NCBI GenBank assembly: GCA_016190145.1
Contig: JACPRD010000189.1
Coordinates: 64 to 64,063 of the forward strand
Direction of reading: 5' to 3'
DNA length: 64,000 bases
Source of the DNA: Planctomycetota bacterium
GTDB lineage: Bacteria > Planctomycetota > MHYJ01 > WSZJ01
The translations under genes were made by a program, and so were the position numbers. Positions 34,732 through 43,840 of this stretch are shown here, one piece after another. The notes beneath the pieces were generated by a model, which searched no databases, had not been told where the DNA came from, and saw nothing but the letters and a program-made list of their open reading frames with translations. Position 1 is the first letter of the stretch, and each line of letters starts with the position of its first letter.

Positions 34732-36177
34732 ATGACGCTTGCAGCCTGCCGGGAATGCCGTGGATCGGTGAGCATCGAGGCGAAGACCTGTCCGCACTGC
34801 GGGGTGTCGCGGCCGTTCGTGATGCCGGGCGGAAAGCAGTGGGGCGGGGAGTGGAAGTCGCGGACGACGATTCTCGGGATCCCGCTGATCAGCGTGGCCT
34901 GGGGCGTGGGCGCGGACCGCCGGCCGCGGGTCGCCAAGGGCGTGATCGCGATCGGGCAGTTCGGAGTCGGGGTCGTGACCATCGCGCAGTTCGGCGTCGG
35001 GATCTTCGGGCTCGGGCAGTTCATCGTGGGAGCGGCCGTGCTCGCGCAGTTCGCGGCCTGCACGCTCGCCGCCGCCGGGTCGTTCGTCGGCGGGTACGAC
35101 TTCGACTCGGGGCGCCTGCTGCTGACCGGAGGCGGGCTCGATCTTCACACGCCCCCGCTGGATAACTCGTTCCGCGGCATGATGTTCGGGCTGACCTTCG
35201 GGCTCGCCATGTATATATTCCAGGTCTTCCGCGTCACGCTGCTGCGCGAGCGGCTCCGCGCGGGTCCTCCCCCGGAGGGTTTCCCGGCGGCCCCCCCGCC
35301 GGAAGCGATGGCCGCGTTCCTCGGGGCGGCGACGCCGGTCGCCGAGACGCCGACGCGGGTGGCGCAGGGGCCCGACCTGCCGGCCGGGACGATGCTCGGC
35401 TCGTACCGGCTGGAGGAGCTGATCGGTCGCGGCGGAATGGGCGCCGTCTACCGCGCGCGGCACTCCATGCTCGACCGCACCGTCGCGATCAAGGTGCTCC
35501 CGAAGACGTTCGCGGCAGACCCGGAATTCGTGGAAAGGTTCAAGCGGGAGGCCCAGGTGCTCGCGAAAGTCCATCACCCGAACATCGTCTCGATCTTCGA
35601 CATGGGCTGCGCGGGCGACACCTACTACTTCGCGATGGAATACGTCGACGGCGTGAACCTGAGGTCGATCGTGAAGAGTCGCGCCCTCAAGCCGGAGCAG
35701 GCCCTTCAAATGGTCCCGAAACTCTGCGACGCGCTGGAGTTCGCGCACGCCCGCGGCATCATCCACCGCGACATCAAGCCCGAGAACATCCTCGTCGGCC
35801 GCGACGGCGAGCCTCGCATCGCGGATTTCGGCCTCGCGCGGATCGTGCTCGGCTCGGGCGCGCCGATGCACCTCACGCAGACGGACGCCGTGATGGGAAC
35901 ACCCGACTACATGGCGCCCGAGCAGCGCCAGTCGACGCGCGACGTCGACCACCGTGCCGACATCTTCTCGATGGGCGTGGTCCTCTACGAGATGCTCACC
36001 GGGAAACTCCCCGTCGGGCGGTTCGACCCGCCGGCGAAGAACCTCCAGGTCGACGTCCGCATCGACTCCGTCGTCCTCAAAGCCCTCGAGCACGACCGCG
36101 AACAGCGGTACGCGCGGGCGGCGGAGATGGGAAGCGAAATCAGGCAGATCACGTCGGCGGGACCGAGGCTGTCGTGA
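34732..36177 (+). CDS. membrane-anchored Ser/Thr protein kinase with N-terminal zinc ribbon
   Basis: CRECRG...CPHCG ribbon, Gly-rich hydrophobic GQFGVG repeats, and kinase motifs GRGGMGAVYRA, VAIKVL, HRDIKPENILV, DFG, GTPDYMAPE. Confidence 0.85.
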   Translation: MTLAACRECRGSVSIEAKTCPHCGVSRPFVMPGGKQWGGEWKSRTTILGIPLISVAWGVGADRRPRVAKGVIAIGQFGVGVVTIAQFGVGIFGLGQFIVGAAVLAQFAACTLAAAGSFVGGYDFDSGRLLLTGGGLDLHTPPLDNSFRGMMFGLTFGLAMYIFQVFRVTLLRERLRAGPPPEGFPAAPPPEAMAAFLGAATPVAETPTRVAQGPDLPAGTMLGSYRLEELIGRGGMGAVYRARHSMLDRTVAIKVLPKTFAADPEFVERFKREAQVLAKVHHPNIVSIFDMGCAGDTYYFAMEYVDGVNLRSIVKSRALKPEQALQMVPKLCDALEFAHARGIIHRDIKPENILVGRDGEPRIADFGLARIVLGSGAPMHLTQTDAVMGTPDYMAPEQRQSTRDVDHRADIFSMGVVLYEMLTGKLPVGRFDPPAKNLQVDVRIDSVVLKALEHDREQRYARAAEMGSEIRQITSAGPRLS

Positions 36178-36194
36178 TGGCGCGGCGCAGCCGC

Positions 36195-36292
36195 GCCCCC
36201 TTGAACTTTACCTTCCCCTTTACCTTTCCCTGCCGTTCGCGCTGGACGAAAGGCAGGGAAAGGCAAAGGGAGAAGGTAAAGTTCAAGGGGGC
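36195..36292. repeat. ~38-bp-stem hairpin between convergent genes (terminator-like, no U tract)
   Basis: GCCCCCTTGAACTTTACCTTCCCCTTTACCTTTCCCTGCC - 17-nt loop - GGCAGGGAAAGGCAAAGGGAGAAGGTAAAGTTCAAGGGGGC. Confidence 0.65.
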
Positions 36293-36443
36293 CGCTTCGC
36301 GGCCTGAGCGGAATTGGGTCATTCCCTTCCGACTTGTCTTGACCCGGACTGCGGCACCCCTCGACTCGCCCTGCGGGCTCGCTCAGGGTAAGCCGGGCCG
36401 GCGGAAGGCCTCAGCAGGTCCGAACGGACTTCCTCGGCCCGGC

Positions 36444-37676
36444 TTAGTGCCCCTTCACATAGGCCGGCCTCACCCGGTAATAAACCTCCAGCGTCAGCAC
36501 GTTGAGCGCCGTGGCCATGATGCGGCCGCCTTCCCAGCTCCAGCGGTCCACGGCCGGATCCCACGAACCCTCGAGGCAGCGGTCCTTCTTGTCCTTCGGC
36601 TTCCCGGCCTGCGCCGGCAATACCGCCCCCTTCATCGCCGCGTTCCACTGCGCCCAGGCACCGCCTTTCGGGCCGTCGGCGAGGAACATCGCCTCGGTGC
36701 CGTAGTACCAGTAGTAGTAGTCGATCTTGAGGGGCGCGTTTTTCGGCGGGTCGGAGAGGAGGGCCCGGGCTGCCCCCTGGATCCGGGGGCTCGTCGGCTT
36801 CTCCCCCGAGCCGATCCGGACCACCATGGCCGCCGCCGTCATGGTCTCGTGCCCGTCGAACTTCTCGTTCTTTCCCATCGCCATGACCTTCCCGGTGCCC
36901 TTGTTCGTATACCCGGTCAGGAAGGTCTTCTCGTCCGTCGCCGAATCCACCCACGCGATCGCGTCCGCGAACGGTTTCGGTTCGATTTCGATCTTCGCGG
37001 CGCGCGCGGCCATGAGCGCCGTCACGCCCCAGGCGGTCGCGGACGTGTCGCTGTCTCCGGATCGAGTCGAGTAGCGCCAGCCCGAGCCGGGATTCTGGCC
37101 GGCGAGGGCGAAGTCGAGGCCCGCGCGGGCGGCCTTCTCGAACACCGGGCTCGCCGTCATCGCGTAGAACTCCGCCACCGCCGCCTCGGCGACGAGGTGG
37201 TTGTACATGTAGTGGGTGCCGCGCGTCTTTCCGAAGCGGCCGTCGGCGTCCTGCGCCGCCATCATCCACTCCAGGCCTTTCTGCACCGTCCGCCCCCAGC
37301 ACATCATCCTGCCCGTGACCGGGTCGGCGTACTCGACCTTGTCGAGGTCGGTCTTGCCCGCTCCCGCGAACGCGAGCAGCACGATCGCCGTGATCCCCGC
37401 GTCGTGTTCGGCGTTGCCGGTTCCCGTGCAGGGCGCGTCCTCGGGGCAGAGTCCCGTGTACTCGACGCAGCGCCACGCGCCGTCCTCGGATTGGTGCCGC
37501 GCGAGCCACGTGAGCCCCGAGAGGACAGCCTCCTCCGTGCTCCCCTTGCCGGTGCTCCCTCCGCCGGCCATGAGCGCGGGCTTGTGATCCTTCATCCGCG
37601 CGTCGAACGGGCCCTCTTCCGCCAGCCCCACTCCGCCGGCCACCAGCACCAGTGCCCAGGTCACGATTCCCCGCAT
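36444..37676 (-). CDS. prenyltransferase/squalene oxidase repeat-containing secreted protein
   Basis: Last 410 codons of ORF 36444..39260. Signal peptide MRGIVTWALVLVAGGVGLA. Terpenoid-cyclase-type repeats QSEDGAW, QDADGRFG, QNPGSGWRY. Confidence 0.75.
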   Translation of the reverse strand: MRGIVTWALVLVAGGVGLAEEGPFDARMKDHKPALMAGGGSTGKGSTEEAVLSGLTWLARHQSEDGAWRCVEYTGLCPEDAPCTGTGNAEHDAGITAIVLLAFAGAGKTDLDKVEYADPVTGRMMCWGRTVQKGLEWMMAAQDADGRFGKTRGTHYMYNHLVAEAAVAEFYAMTASPVFEKAARAGLDFALAGQNPGSGWRYSTRSGDSDTSATAWGVTALMAARAAKIEIEPKPFADAIAWVDSATDEKTFLTGYTNKGTGKVMAMGKNEKFDGHETMTAAAMVVRIGSGEKPTSPRIQGAARALLSDPPKNAPLKIDYYYWYYGTEAMFLADGPKGGAWAQWNAAMKGAVLPAQAGKPKDKKDRCLEGSWDPAVDRWSWEGGRIMATALNVLTLEVYYRVRPAYVKGH

Positions 37677-37723
37677 GGCGTCTCTCCGCGTTGGGTCCCC
37701 CGCGGCGGGAATCTTAACACCCT

Positions 37724-38494
37724 TCAGCTCCGCCGGCTGTTGAGTTTCGCCAGCAGCCGGAGGATCTCGAGGTAGAGCCACACGAGCGTCACGAGCAGCC
37801 CGAACGCCCCGTACCACTCCATGAACTTTGGAGCGCCGTGCTCGGCGCCTCTCTCGATGAAGTCGAAGTCGAGGACGAGGTTGAGGGCCGCGATGATCAC
37901 GACGAAGACGCTGAAGCCGATGCCGATCAGGCCCGAGCCGTGGATGTAGGGGATGCGGACGCCGAAGAAGCCGAGAATGAAGGAAGTGAGGTAGAGGAGG
38001 CAGATGCCGCTCGTGGCGGCGAAGACGCCGAGGCGGAAGTTCTCCGTGACCTTGATGAGGCGGAACATGTAGGCGACGAGGAGGCCGAACAGCGTGCCGA
38101 AGGTCAGGACGACGGCCTGGAGCACGATGCCGGTCCCGGGCCAGCGGAGGTCGTAGACGGCGGAGATCGCGCCGAGGAAGAGGCCCTCGCAGGCGGCGTA
38201 GATCGGCGCGGTGATCGGGGCGAGTTCCCGTTTGAAGATGGTGATGAGGGCGACGACGAATCCGCCGATGGCGCCGAGGAGGACCCAGGGGACGACGGCC
38301 TGGAGGTTCTGGCTCGCCTGGGTTTTCTGCCAGGTGAAGACGGCGGTGGTGGCGGCGATGGCGAGGAGGATGGCGGTCTTCACGGCCGTGCCCTGCACCG
38401 ACATGGTGCGGGCGCCGGCGGCGGCGATGAAATTGGAGAAGGTCTTGTCGTTCAGGGCGGGGTTCGCGGTTCTCATGGAGGGAGATTGTCGCAA
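37724..38494 (-). CDS. Bax inhibitor-1/YccA-like family membrane protein
   Basis: Seven predicted hydrophobic helices and the family-typical C-terminal FDFIERGAE...EWYGAFGLLVTLVWLYLEILRLL. The start may be ATG 38476. Confidence 0.8.
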   Translation of the reverse strand: MRQSPSMRTANPALNDKTFSNFIAAAGARTMSVQGTAVKTAILLAIAATTAVFTWQKTQASQNLQAVVPWVLLGAIGGFVVALITIFKRELAPITAPIYAACEGLFLGAISAVYDLRWPGTGIVLQAVVLTFGTLFGLLVAYMFRLIKVTENFRLGVFAATSGICLLYLTSFILGFFGVRIPYIHGSGLIGIGFSVFVVIIAALNLVLDFDFIERGAEHGAPKFMEWYGAFGLLVTLVWLYLEILRLLAKLNSRRS

Positions 38495-38562
38495 ATGCGG
38501 GACCGGAGCGCCCCGGGTATGCTGCCGGGGGGTCAGTTCGACCTCGTTGAGGGATCCGGCCT

Positions 38563-39756
38563 GTGAACATCCGCCCGCTTCTTCCGATTCTGCTCGCCGC
38601 GGCGACCGCCGCTGGAGATCCGGACCACCGCTGGCTCGTCCCCGAGGAGGTGATTTCCGCGAAAGGGGAGCGCGAGCCGATCCCCGTCGACGTGGCCCGG
38701 ACCCGGTCCGGAGCCACCGGAGTGTTCGTCTTCGAGAAGGACGCGGGACTTACCCTCCACGTGTCGAAGGACGGCAGACCGCCCTGGAAGGTCCTGATGC
38801 TGCCCCTCGGACTCCCCGGCGGGACGCGCACCGAGGAAGCGGTCGCGGAGACCCTGCTGACGGACATGGACGCGCGCACCGTGGCGTTCGCGCGGTTCGA
38901 CCTCGAGAAGGCCGAGGAACTCTCCCGCACCCCATTCCCCGGGAAAACCACCGGCACCCCGCTCTTCTCCCGCCTCGAAGCCGACGGCGCGACCCGCTCC
39001 GCCCTCGTCGTCTGCGAGGGCGGAGACGTGAACTTCTCTTCCAGCTCCGACGCCGGCGCTACCTGGACGGCTCCGACCCGGATCGCGCGGAACGCGCGCC
39101 ACGACGACTCGATCTGCCCGCCGCTGTACCGGACCTCGAGGGGCCTGAGCGTCCTGCACGTCGACGAGGCGGGCGCGCCGGCGGCCATCGAGAGCGCGGA
39201 CGGCGGGAAGACCTGGGCGACCTCGAGGTCGGCACCGGCGCTGGCGGAGAAGGACGGCAAGCCGATCCTCGTCGCGGGCGCGGCGGACGGCCGCGACCTT
39301 CACGCCGTATTCCTCACGTCGGAAGGCCGGTACGTGCACGTCCTCTCCGGCGACGAGGGCGCGCACTGGCAGAACCCGGTCCTGCTCGCCGTCACGCGCC
39401 TCTGCGACACCGCGTGTTTCTTCGACCTCCGCGCCGCGCGCGGGACCGTGACGTTCGCCTGGAGCGAACCCGGCAAGGGAGACCGCCACGTCCGGCGCGC
39501 CCGGCTCCTGGTCAGCCGCAACGCGGGGAATTCGTGGGAAGAGTCGCCGATCGCCGGCGGCCTCGCGGCGGATTCGGGGTGGCCCGTGGTGCGGCTGACG
39601 CCTGAGGCGGGGGTCTTCGCTCTTCTCTCGGCGCGTCCGGAGGAGGGGAAGGGCGGCGGGAAGTTCGTGCTGCTCCGCGAGTCGCAGGGGATCGACGCGC
39701 CCGCGCCGGTCTGGCCCGCGGGGCGCAGGGTGCCGGAGTGGTGGAAGGGAGAGTAG
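38563..39756 (+). CDS. secreted BNR/sialidase-like repeat protein
   Basis: Signal peptide. Four SxDxGxTW-type BNR motifs (SSDAGATWT, SADGGKTWA, SGDEGAHWQ, SRNAGNSWE). GTG start. Confidence 0.65.
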   Translation: MNIRPLLPILLAAATAAGDPDHRWLVPEEVISAKGEREPIPVDVARTRSGATGVFVFEKDAGLTLHVSKDGRPPWKVLMLPLGLPGGTRTEEAVAETLLTDMDARTVAFARFDLEKAEELSRTPFPGKTTGTPLFSRLEADGATRSALVVCEGGDVNFSSSSDAGATWTAPTRIARNARHDDSICPPLYRTSRGLSVLHVDEAGAPAAIESADGGKTWATSRSAPALAEKDGKPILVAGAADGRDLHAVFLTSEGRYVHVLSGDEGAHWQNPVLLAVTRLCDTACFFDLRAARGTVTFAWSEPGKGDRHVRRARLLVSRNAGNSWEESPIAGGLAADSGWPVVRLTPEAGVFALLSARPEEGKGGGKFVLLRESQGIDAPAPVWPAGRRVPEWWKGE

Positions 39757-39766
39757 GGCGGTTCCA

Positions 39767-40609
39767 TCAGGGGAGATAGCGCCCCGCGATGAAATGCCGG
39801 AGGGACTCCGGCTTGTAGTTCTTGCTGTAGTACGTCCAGGTTGGCGGTGTTCCGGGCGGCTGCGACTTGTTACCGGTCATGCTCCACGTGTACCCGAGGT
39901 AGGCGCCGGCGGCGTCGACGTAGATCCTCATCCAGCCGCGCCCCGCCCCGCGCCACTCCGCGTACGCGCTTCCCGGCCCCAGCTCGCCCGCGAGAAACAT
40001 CCGGGTGTCCTGCGAGTGCGGCGACTTGCTCGAGTCGAAGACCAGCAGGTCGCGGAACCGGACGGTGGGGCCCTTCTTGGGGAACTTGTAGACAATGACC
40101 GGTCCCACGGAAGCGACGACCGCACAATGCCCGGTGGTCGCCGGGTAACCGGAATCAGGGTCGTCGACGTACCACCAGACCGCGACGTCCCCGGGAGCCA
40201 GGTCGGCGAGGTTCGTGATCCGCTCGAACGAAACGCCGTCCTCGATGAGCTGGTAGAAACTCTCGCTGGAGGGCCAGTCGTACCCGGTCTTCAGCTTCCA
40301 GGAGAAATCCGTCGTGCCCCAGCCGGTCTTGAGTGCGCGCGTCACGAGCTGGTTGCAGAGGGAGCGGTTTTCGGCGAAGGGGTTCCCGTCCTCCTTCCAG
40401 AGGACGAGGTGCTCGGAGGCGTAGTCGTTGAGCGTTTTCCCTGTCGAATTCACGGTGAGTCCCGCCAGCGTCTGGGCTCGGAGGTCTTCGGCGAGGGCGG
40501 ACAGGCGGGCGACGTGGGGTGGGGAAGCGGATTCCGCGCGGGCGGGCGGGTGTGGGGTGACGGCGAGGACCAGGGTGGCGGCGGCGGCGGCCGCGGGTGC
40601 GAAGCGCAT
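39767..40609 (-). CDS. secreted hypothetical protein, possible papain-like (NlpC/P60 or CHAP-like) fold
   Basis: Signal peptide. Candidate Cys (SLCNQLV) and His (GDVAVWW...TGHCAVV) are spaced as in the Cys-His amidase fold. The domain call is weak. Confidence 0.5.
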   Translation of the reverse strand: MRFAPAAAAAATLVLAVTPHPPARAESASPPHVARLSALAEDLRAQTLAGLTVNSTGKTLNDYASEHLVLWKEDGNPFAENRSLCNQLVTRALKTGWGTTDFSWKLKTGYDWPSSESFYQLIEDGVSFERITNLADLAPGDVAVWWYVDDPDSGYPATTGHCAVVASVGPVIVYKFPKKGPTVRFRDLLVFDSSKSPHSQDTRMFLAGELGPGSAYAEWRGAGRGWMRIYVDAAGAYLGYTWSMTGNKSQPPGTPPTWTYYSKNYKPESLRHFIAGRYLP

Positions 40610-40680
40610 GGGGCCTGCCTTCCTGCGGGGCGGGATCGGGTTCGGGTCTCCGGCCTGGGACTCAGGGTAACATGGCCAGC

Positions 40681-40710
40681 ATTAAAATTATAAAGCTTTA
40701 TCATTTTAAT
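40681..40710. promoter_or_regulatory. 30-bp AT-rich near-perfect palindrome in a divergent promoter region
   Basis: ATTAAAATTATAAAGCTTTATCATTTTAAT: 28 of 30 positions are self-complementary, centred on AAGCTT. It lies between the starts of 39767..40609 (-) and the FKBP gene (+). Confidence 0.5.
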
Positions 40711-40797
40711 GTCTGACCAACAGGCCTCCCCTCACTCGTTCGCGCCGCGGCGCGCCGACGCTATAGTGCCCCTTCATAACAATCAGGAGCACACTCC

Positions 40798-41151
40798 ATG
40801 GCCGATGAAAAAACCGTCACCACCCCCTCCGGTCTCCAGTACGAAGACCTCGTCGCAGGCACCGGCGCTTCCCCCACCCAGGGCAAGAGCGTGAAGGTGC
40901 ACTACACCGGCTGGCTCACCAACGGGACCAAATTCGACAGCTCGAAGGACCGGGGCGAGCCGTTCATCTTCCAGATCGGGCTCGGCCGCGTGATCAAGGG
41001 CTGGGACGAGGGCGTGGCGACGATGAAGGTCGGGGGCAAGCGCAAGCTGACGATTCCGCCGGGCCTCGGCTACGGCGCGCGCGGGGCGGGCGGGGTGATC
41101 CCCCCGAATGCGACGCTGGTGTTCGAGGTGGACCTGCTGGGCGTCGGGTAG
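40798..41151 (+). CDS. FKBP-type peptidyl-prolyl cis-trans isomerase
   Basis: 117 aa. [34 protein letters not shown]. Confidence 0.9.
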   Translation: MADEKTVTTPSGLQYEDLVAGTGASPTQGKSVKVHYTGWLTNGTKFDSSKDRGEPFIFQIGLGRVIKGWDEGVATMKVGGKRKLTIPPGLGYGARGAGGVIPPNATLVFEVDLLGVG

Positions 41152-41187
41152 GAATCCGGCGGCCGCCGGGACGCGTAATTGACGGCG

Positions 41188-41781
41188 ATGACTCCCATGC
41201 CGATCCGACTGCTGGCCCTGACCGCGCTCGTGCTCGCCGGCTGCGACAAGCCCGGACCCGAGCCCGGCCCGAAAGGAGACCCCTCGATGCCCGCGAAGGA
41301 GCAGGTGGCGACGCTGTCGGGCGGCTGCTTCTGGGGAGTGGAGGAACTCGTCCGCGAAATTCCGGGCGTCCTCGCGACCGAGGTCGGCTACACCGGAGGC
41401 ACCGTCGAGAATCCGAAATACGCCGACGTCAAGACCGGCCGCTCCGGCCACGCCGAGGCGATCCAGATCCGCTTCGACGCCAACGTCCTCAGCTACGAAA
41501 CGCTCCTCCGGAATTTCTTCCGCCTGCACGACCCCACCACGCCCAACCGCCAGGGCAACGACCGCGGCACGCAGTACCGCTCGGCGATCTTCTATCACGA
41601 CGAGGAGCAGAAGCGGACGGCGGAGAAGGTGAAGGACGAGGTGAACCGGTCGGGGAAGTGGCCGGCGCCGGTCGTGACGGAGATCGTTCCCGCGAAGACG
41701 TTTTATCCTGCGGAGGACTATCACCAGGACTATCTGCAGAAGAATCCGGGAGGCTATACCTGCCACTATTGGCGGGATTGA
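41188..41781 (+). CDS. msrA: peptide-methionine (S)-S-oxide reductase, lipoprotein-type N-terminus
   Basis: GGCFWGVEE active site, GHAEAIQIRFD, YHQDYL. LVLAGC lipobox. The start could be TTG 41179 or ATG 41197. Confidence 0.9.
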   Translation: MTPMPIRLLALTALVLAGCDKPGPEPGPKGDPSMPAKEQVATLSGGCFWGVEELVREIPGVLATEVGYTGGTVENPKYADVKTGRSGHAEAIQIRFDANVLSYETLLRNFFRLHDPTTPNRQGNDRGTQYRSAIFYHDEEQKRTAEKVKDEVNRSGKWPAPVVTEIVPAKTFYPAEDYHQDYLQKNPGGYTCHYWRD

Positions 41782-41790
41782 TACCGCGGA

Positions 41791-41897
41791 CAACTTCAAC
41801 ATTTCAACTTCAAAGGAAAAAAATCAACCGCATGATCGGATTGAATTCCGCCCCATTTGGAATTTGGAAGTTACTTGAAGTTGAATAATTGAAGTTG
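41791..41897. repeat. AT-rich long imperfect hairpin between convergent genes
   Basis: CAACTTCAACATTTCAACTTCAAAGG ... GGAAGTTACTTGAAGTTGAATAATTGAAGTTG. Its composition contrasts strongly with the GC-rich surroundings. Confidence 0.6.
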
Positions 41898-41910
41898 CCC
41901 TTTCCGGCCG

Positions 41911-42462
41911 TCAGGCCGGTCTGCCGTACACCAGCGCGTGAAGCGCCCTCATCGCATTCAGCGCGACGATCCCCCAGCTCGATTCGAAGCTCGGGTACTT
42001 CCAGGCCAGGACCACCCGCGGAAGCACCCGGACGCCGGCCCGCCGCGCCGCCGTGAGACCGGGCTTGATCTCGCGGTAGATCTCGGCGAGGTCCTGCACG
42101 AGGTCCCCCTCCTCGGGCTCCTCTCCATCCTCAGGTTCCCGCCTCGGGTCCAGCCAGACCCGGTAACGCCGCGCTCCCCCGAGCATCGCCTCCGCCACGT
42201 GCGTCACCCGCGCGCGGTCCCGGTCGGTCAGCACGAACGGGTTTTCCCACCGGTCCAGCTTTTCGTCCCAGCGCGTTTCAGGAAGCGCGCACGCGGCGAG
42301 ATAGAGCTGCGACAGGCACCAGAGCGCCGCCCCGCACCATTCCTCGGGCGGCGGCTGCGGGCCCGCGAACAGCTCGCAGAAGTTCCGGCCCGCGACAATG
42401 AAAGACGCCACCGCGGGGTTCCGGAGGAGGTTCGGCGCGCGTCGGCGCGGCTTCGCCTTCAC
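41911..42462 (-). CDS. DUF5063-like protein
   Basis: Last 183 codons of ORF 41911..43806. GTG start in a GTGA overlap with the upstream stop. GDLVQDLAEIYREIKPGL and SWGIVALNAMRALHALV resemble the DUF5063 family. Confidence 0.55.
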   Translation of the reverse strand: MKAKPRRRAPNLLRNPAVASFIVAGRNFCELFAGPQPPPEEWCGAALWCLSQLYLAACALPETRWDEKLDRWENPFVLTDRDRARVTHVAEAMLGGARRYRVWLDPRREPEDGEEPEEGDLVQDLAEIYREIKPGLTAARRAGVRVLPRVVLAWKYPSFESSWGIVALNAMRALHALVYGRPA

Positions 42463-43745
42463 TTGTTGTCCACGATCCTGTACCGCGTCGCCGGCATCGG
42501 CTTCGGCGTTTTCACCGTCTCGGGCGGCACCACGCCCGCGTCTTTCCACTCCTCGGCAAGCAGCTCCCCGCAGGACTTTCCGCCGCCCCTGTGCGTCTTC
42601 CCGTCGCATACCCCGGGCTTCGTCCGCCCGTCCCAGATCCGGCTGTTGAAGAAACACTCCACGCAGTCCGCGCTCGACTCGGCGATCTTCAGCCAGTCCG
42701 GCAGGAGATATCGCGCGAAATTCCAGGCGGGAATCGTGCCGACCGTCAGCCAACCCTTCTCGTTCTTCACGAACATCGTGTCCGGATTCGACTTCAGCAC
42801 CGTCGCGTCGTCGCCCTCGCACCCCTTCTCGATTGTGATGTCCCCGGCCTCGCACTTGTCCTCCACCACGGCTTCGGCGATGAAGAACTGCTCCTTCGTG
42901 TGCAGCCGGAGCAGCGCGTCCAGCTCCGCCACCCGGTTCTTCCAGTCGCCCAGCCGCCCCGCGTCCACGTCGCCCTGGAACGCCACCTTGATTGAGAGCG
43001 CCCGCCCGCGCGCCGCCATCTCCTTCACCACCTTCGCCTCCTCCGGCGTGAACGGCGCGAATTCCGGCGGAAGATCGTTCGGCCCCCGGTCCGTCACCGT
43101 GAACTTCACCTTCGGCGCCTTGCCCCCGGCCTTCCATTTCGGATTCGGAAACCTCACGCCCGGCACCTTCTCCGCGATCAGCTCCTTGCACGACTTCGTC
43201 GGCGCCGTCCCCTTGTGCGTGTCCTTTCCGCACAGCTTCCGCGGATCGCTTCCCATGATGCAGTCCGGACACTCCCACCCCTTCTGCGTGCTGTCGCGTT
43301 CGTCGAGCTGGCCGAAGACAGCATGGCCGAGCTCGTGCACGACGACGGTTCCCAGGGTCCAGGTCCGGCCGGGATGGCCGTCGGGATGCGCGACCATCTT
43401 GATCTTCCAGAGCGACGTCCCCCCCATCATCGCCAGCCCCATCGCCTCCACGTCCTTCAGCACCTCCCGGTCGAGGTGCCCCGCCGGAACGAAGATCCGC
43501 CCGCGCGTGGTCTTGTCCTCGAGAGTCACCTCCGCGAACCAGAACTGGCCCTCGGTGAGGTCGAAGAGCAGCTGTGAAGCGGTCTGCAGGCGCCCTTTCC
43601 ACTCGTCGAAGATCTTCCCGTCGACGTCGTCCTCGAATGACACGGAGAATTTCCAGGCCGTGGCCTCGGGCGGGGCGGCGGTGGTCTGGGCGCGGGCGGT
43701 GGCGGTGGCGGCGAGCAGGGCGGCGACGGCGAGGGCCTGGCGCAT
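42459..43745 (-). CDS. secreted CLCA-like zinc metalloprotease-domain protein with internal duplication
   Basis: Signal peptide MRQALAVAALLAATATARA. VVVHELGHAVFGQLDERD (HExxHxxxGxxDE type). A second homologous half lacks the HExxH. The CGKDTHKG..KSCKELIAE and CDGKTHRGGGKSCGELLAE motifs are repeated. Confidence 0.65.
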   Translation of the reverse strand: MRQALAVAALLAATATARAQTTAAPPEATAWKFSVSFEDDVDGKIFDEWKGRLQTASQLLFDLTEGQFWFAEVTLEDKTTRGRIFVPAGHLDREVLKDVEAMGLAMMGGTSLWKIKMVAHPDGHPGRTWTLGTVVVHELGHAVFGQLDERDSTQKGWECPDCIMGSDPRKLCGKDTHKGTAPTKSCKELIAEKVPGVRFPNPKWKAGGKAPKVKFTVTDRGPNDLPPEFAPFTPEEAKVVKEMAARGRALSIKVAFQGDVDAGRLGDWKNRVAELDALLRLHTKEQFFIAEAVVEDKCEAGDITIEKGCEGDDATVLKSNPDTMFVKNEKGWLTVGTIPAWNFARYLLPDWLKIAESSADCVECFFNSRIWDGRTKPGVCDGKTHRGGGKSCGELLAEEWKDAGVVPPETVKTPKPMPATRYRIVDNK

Positions 43746-43840
43746 GGCGGGTCTCCCGGATGGTCCCCCCGTCGTGGTCAGACGCCCGGAGGGGGCGCGC
43801 GGTCAAAGCGGTCCCATGATATCCCGAAGCCGCCGCGCGC

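Noticed and set aside
36444-39260. 938-aa ORF, and likewise 41911..43806 (631 aa).
   Set aside because: These are composite ORFs. Only the 3' parts (36444..37676 and 41911..42462) have protein-like sequence. The upstream parts overlap the Bax-inhibitor, BNR or metalloprotease genes in other frames or strands.
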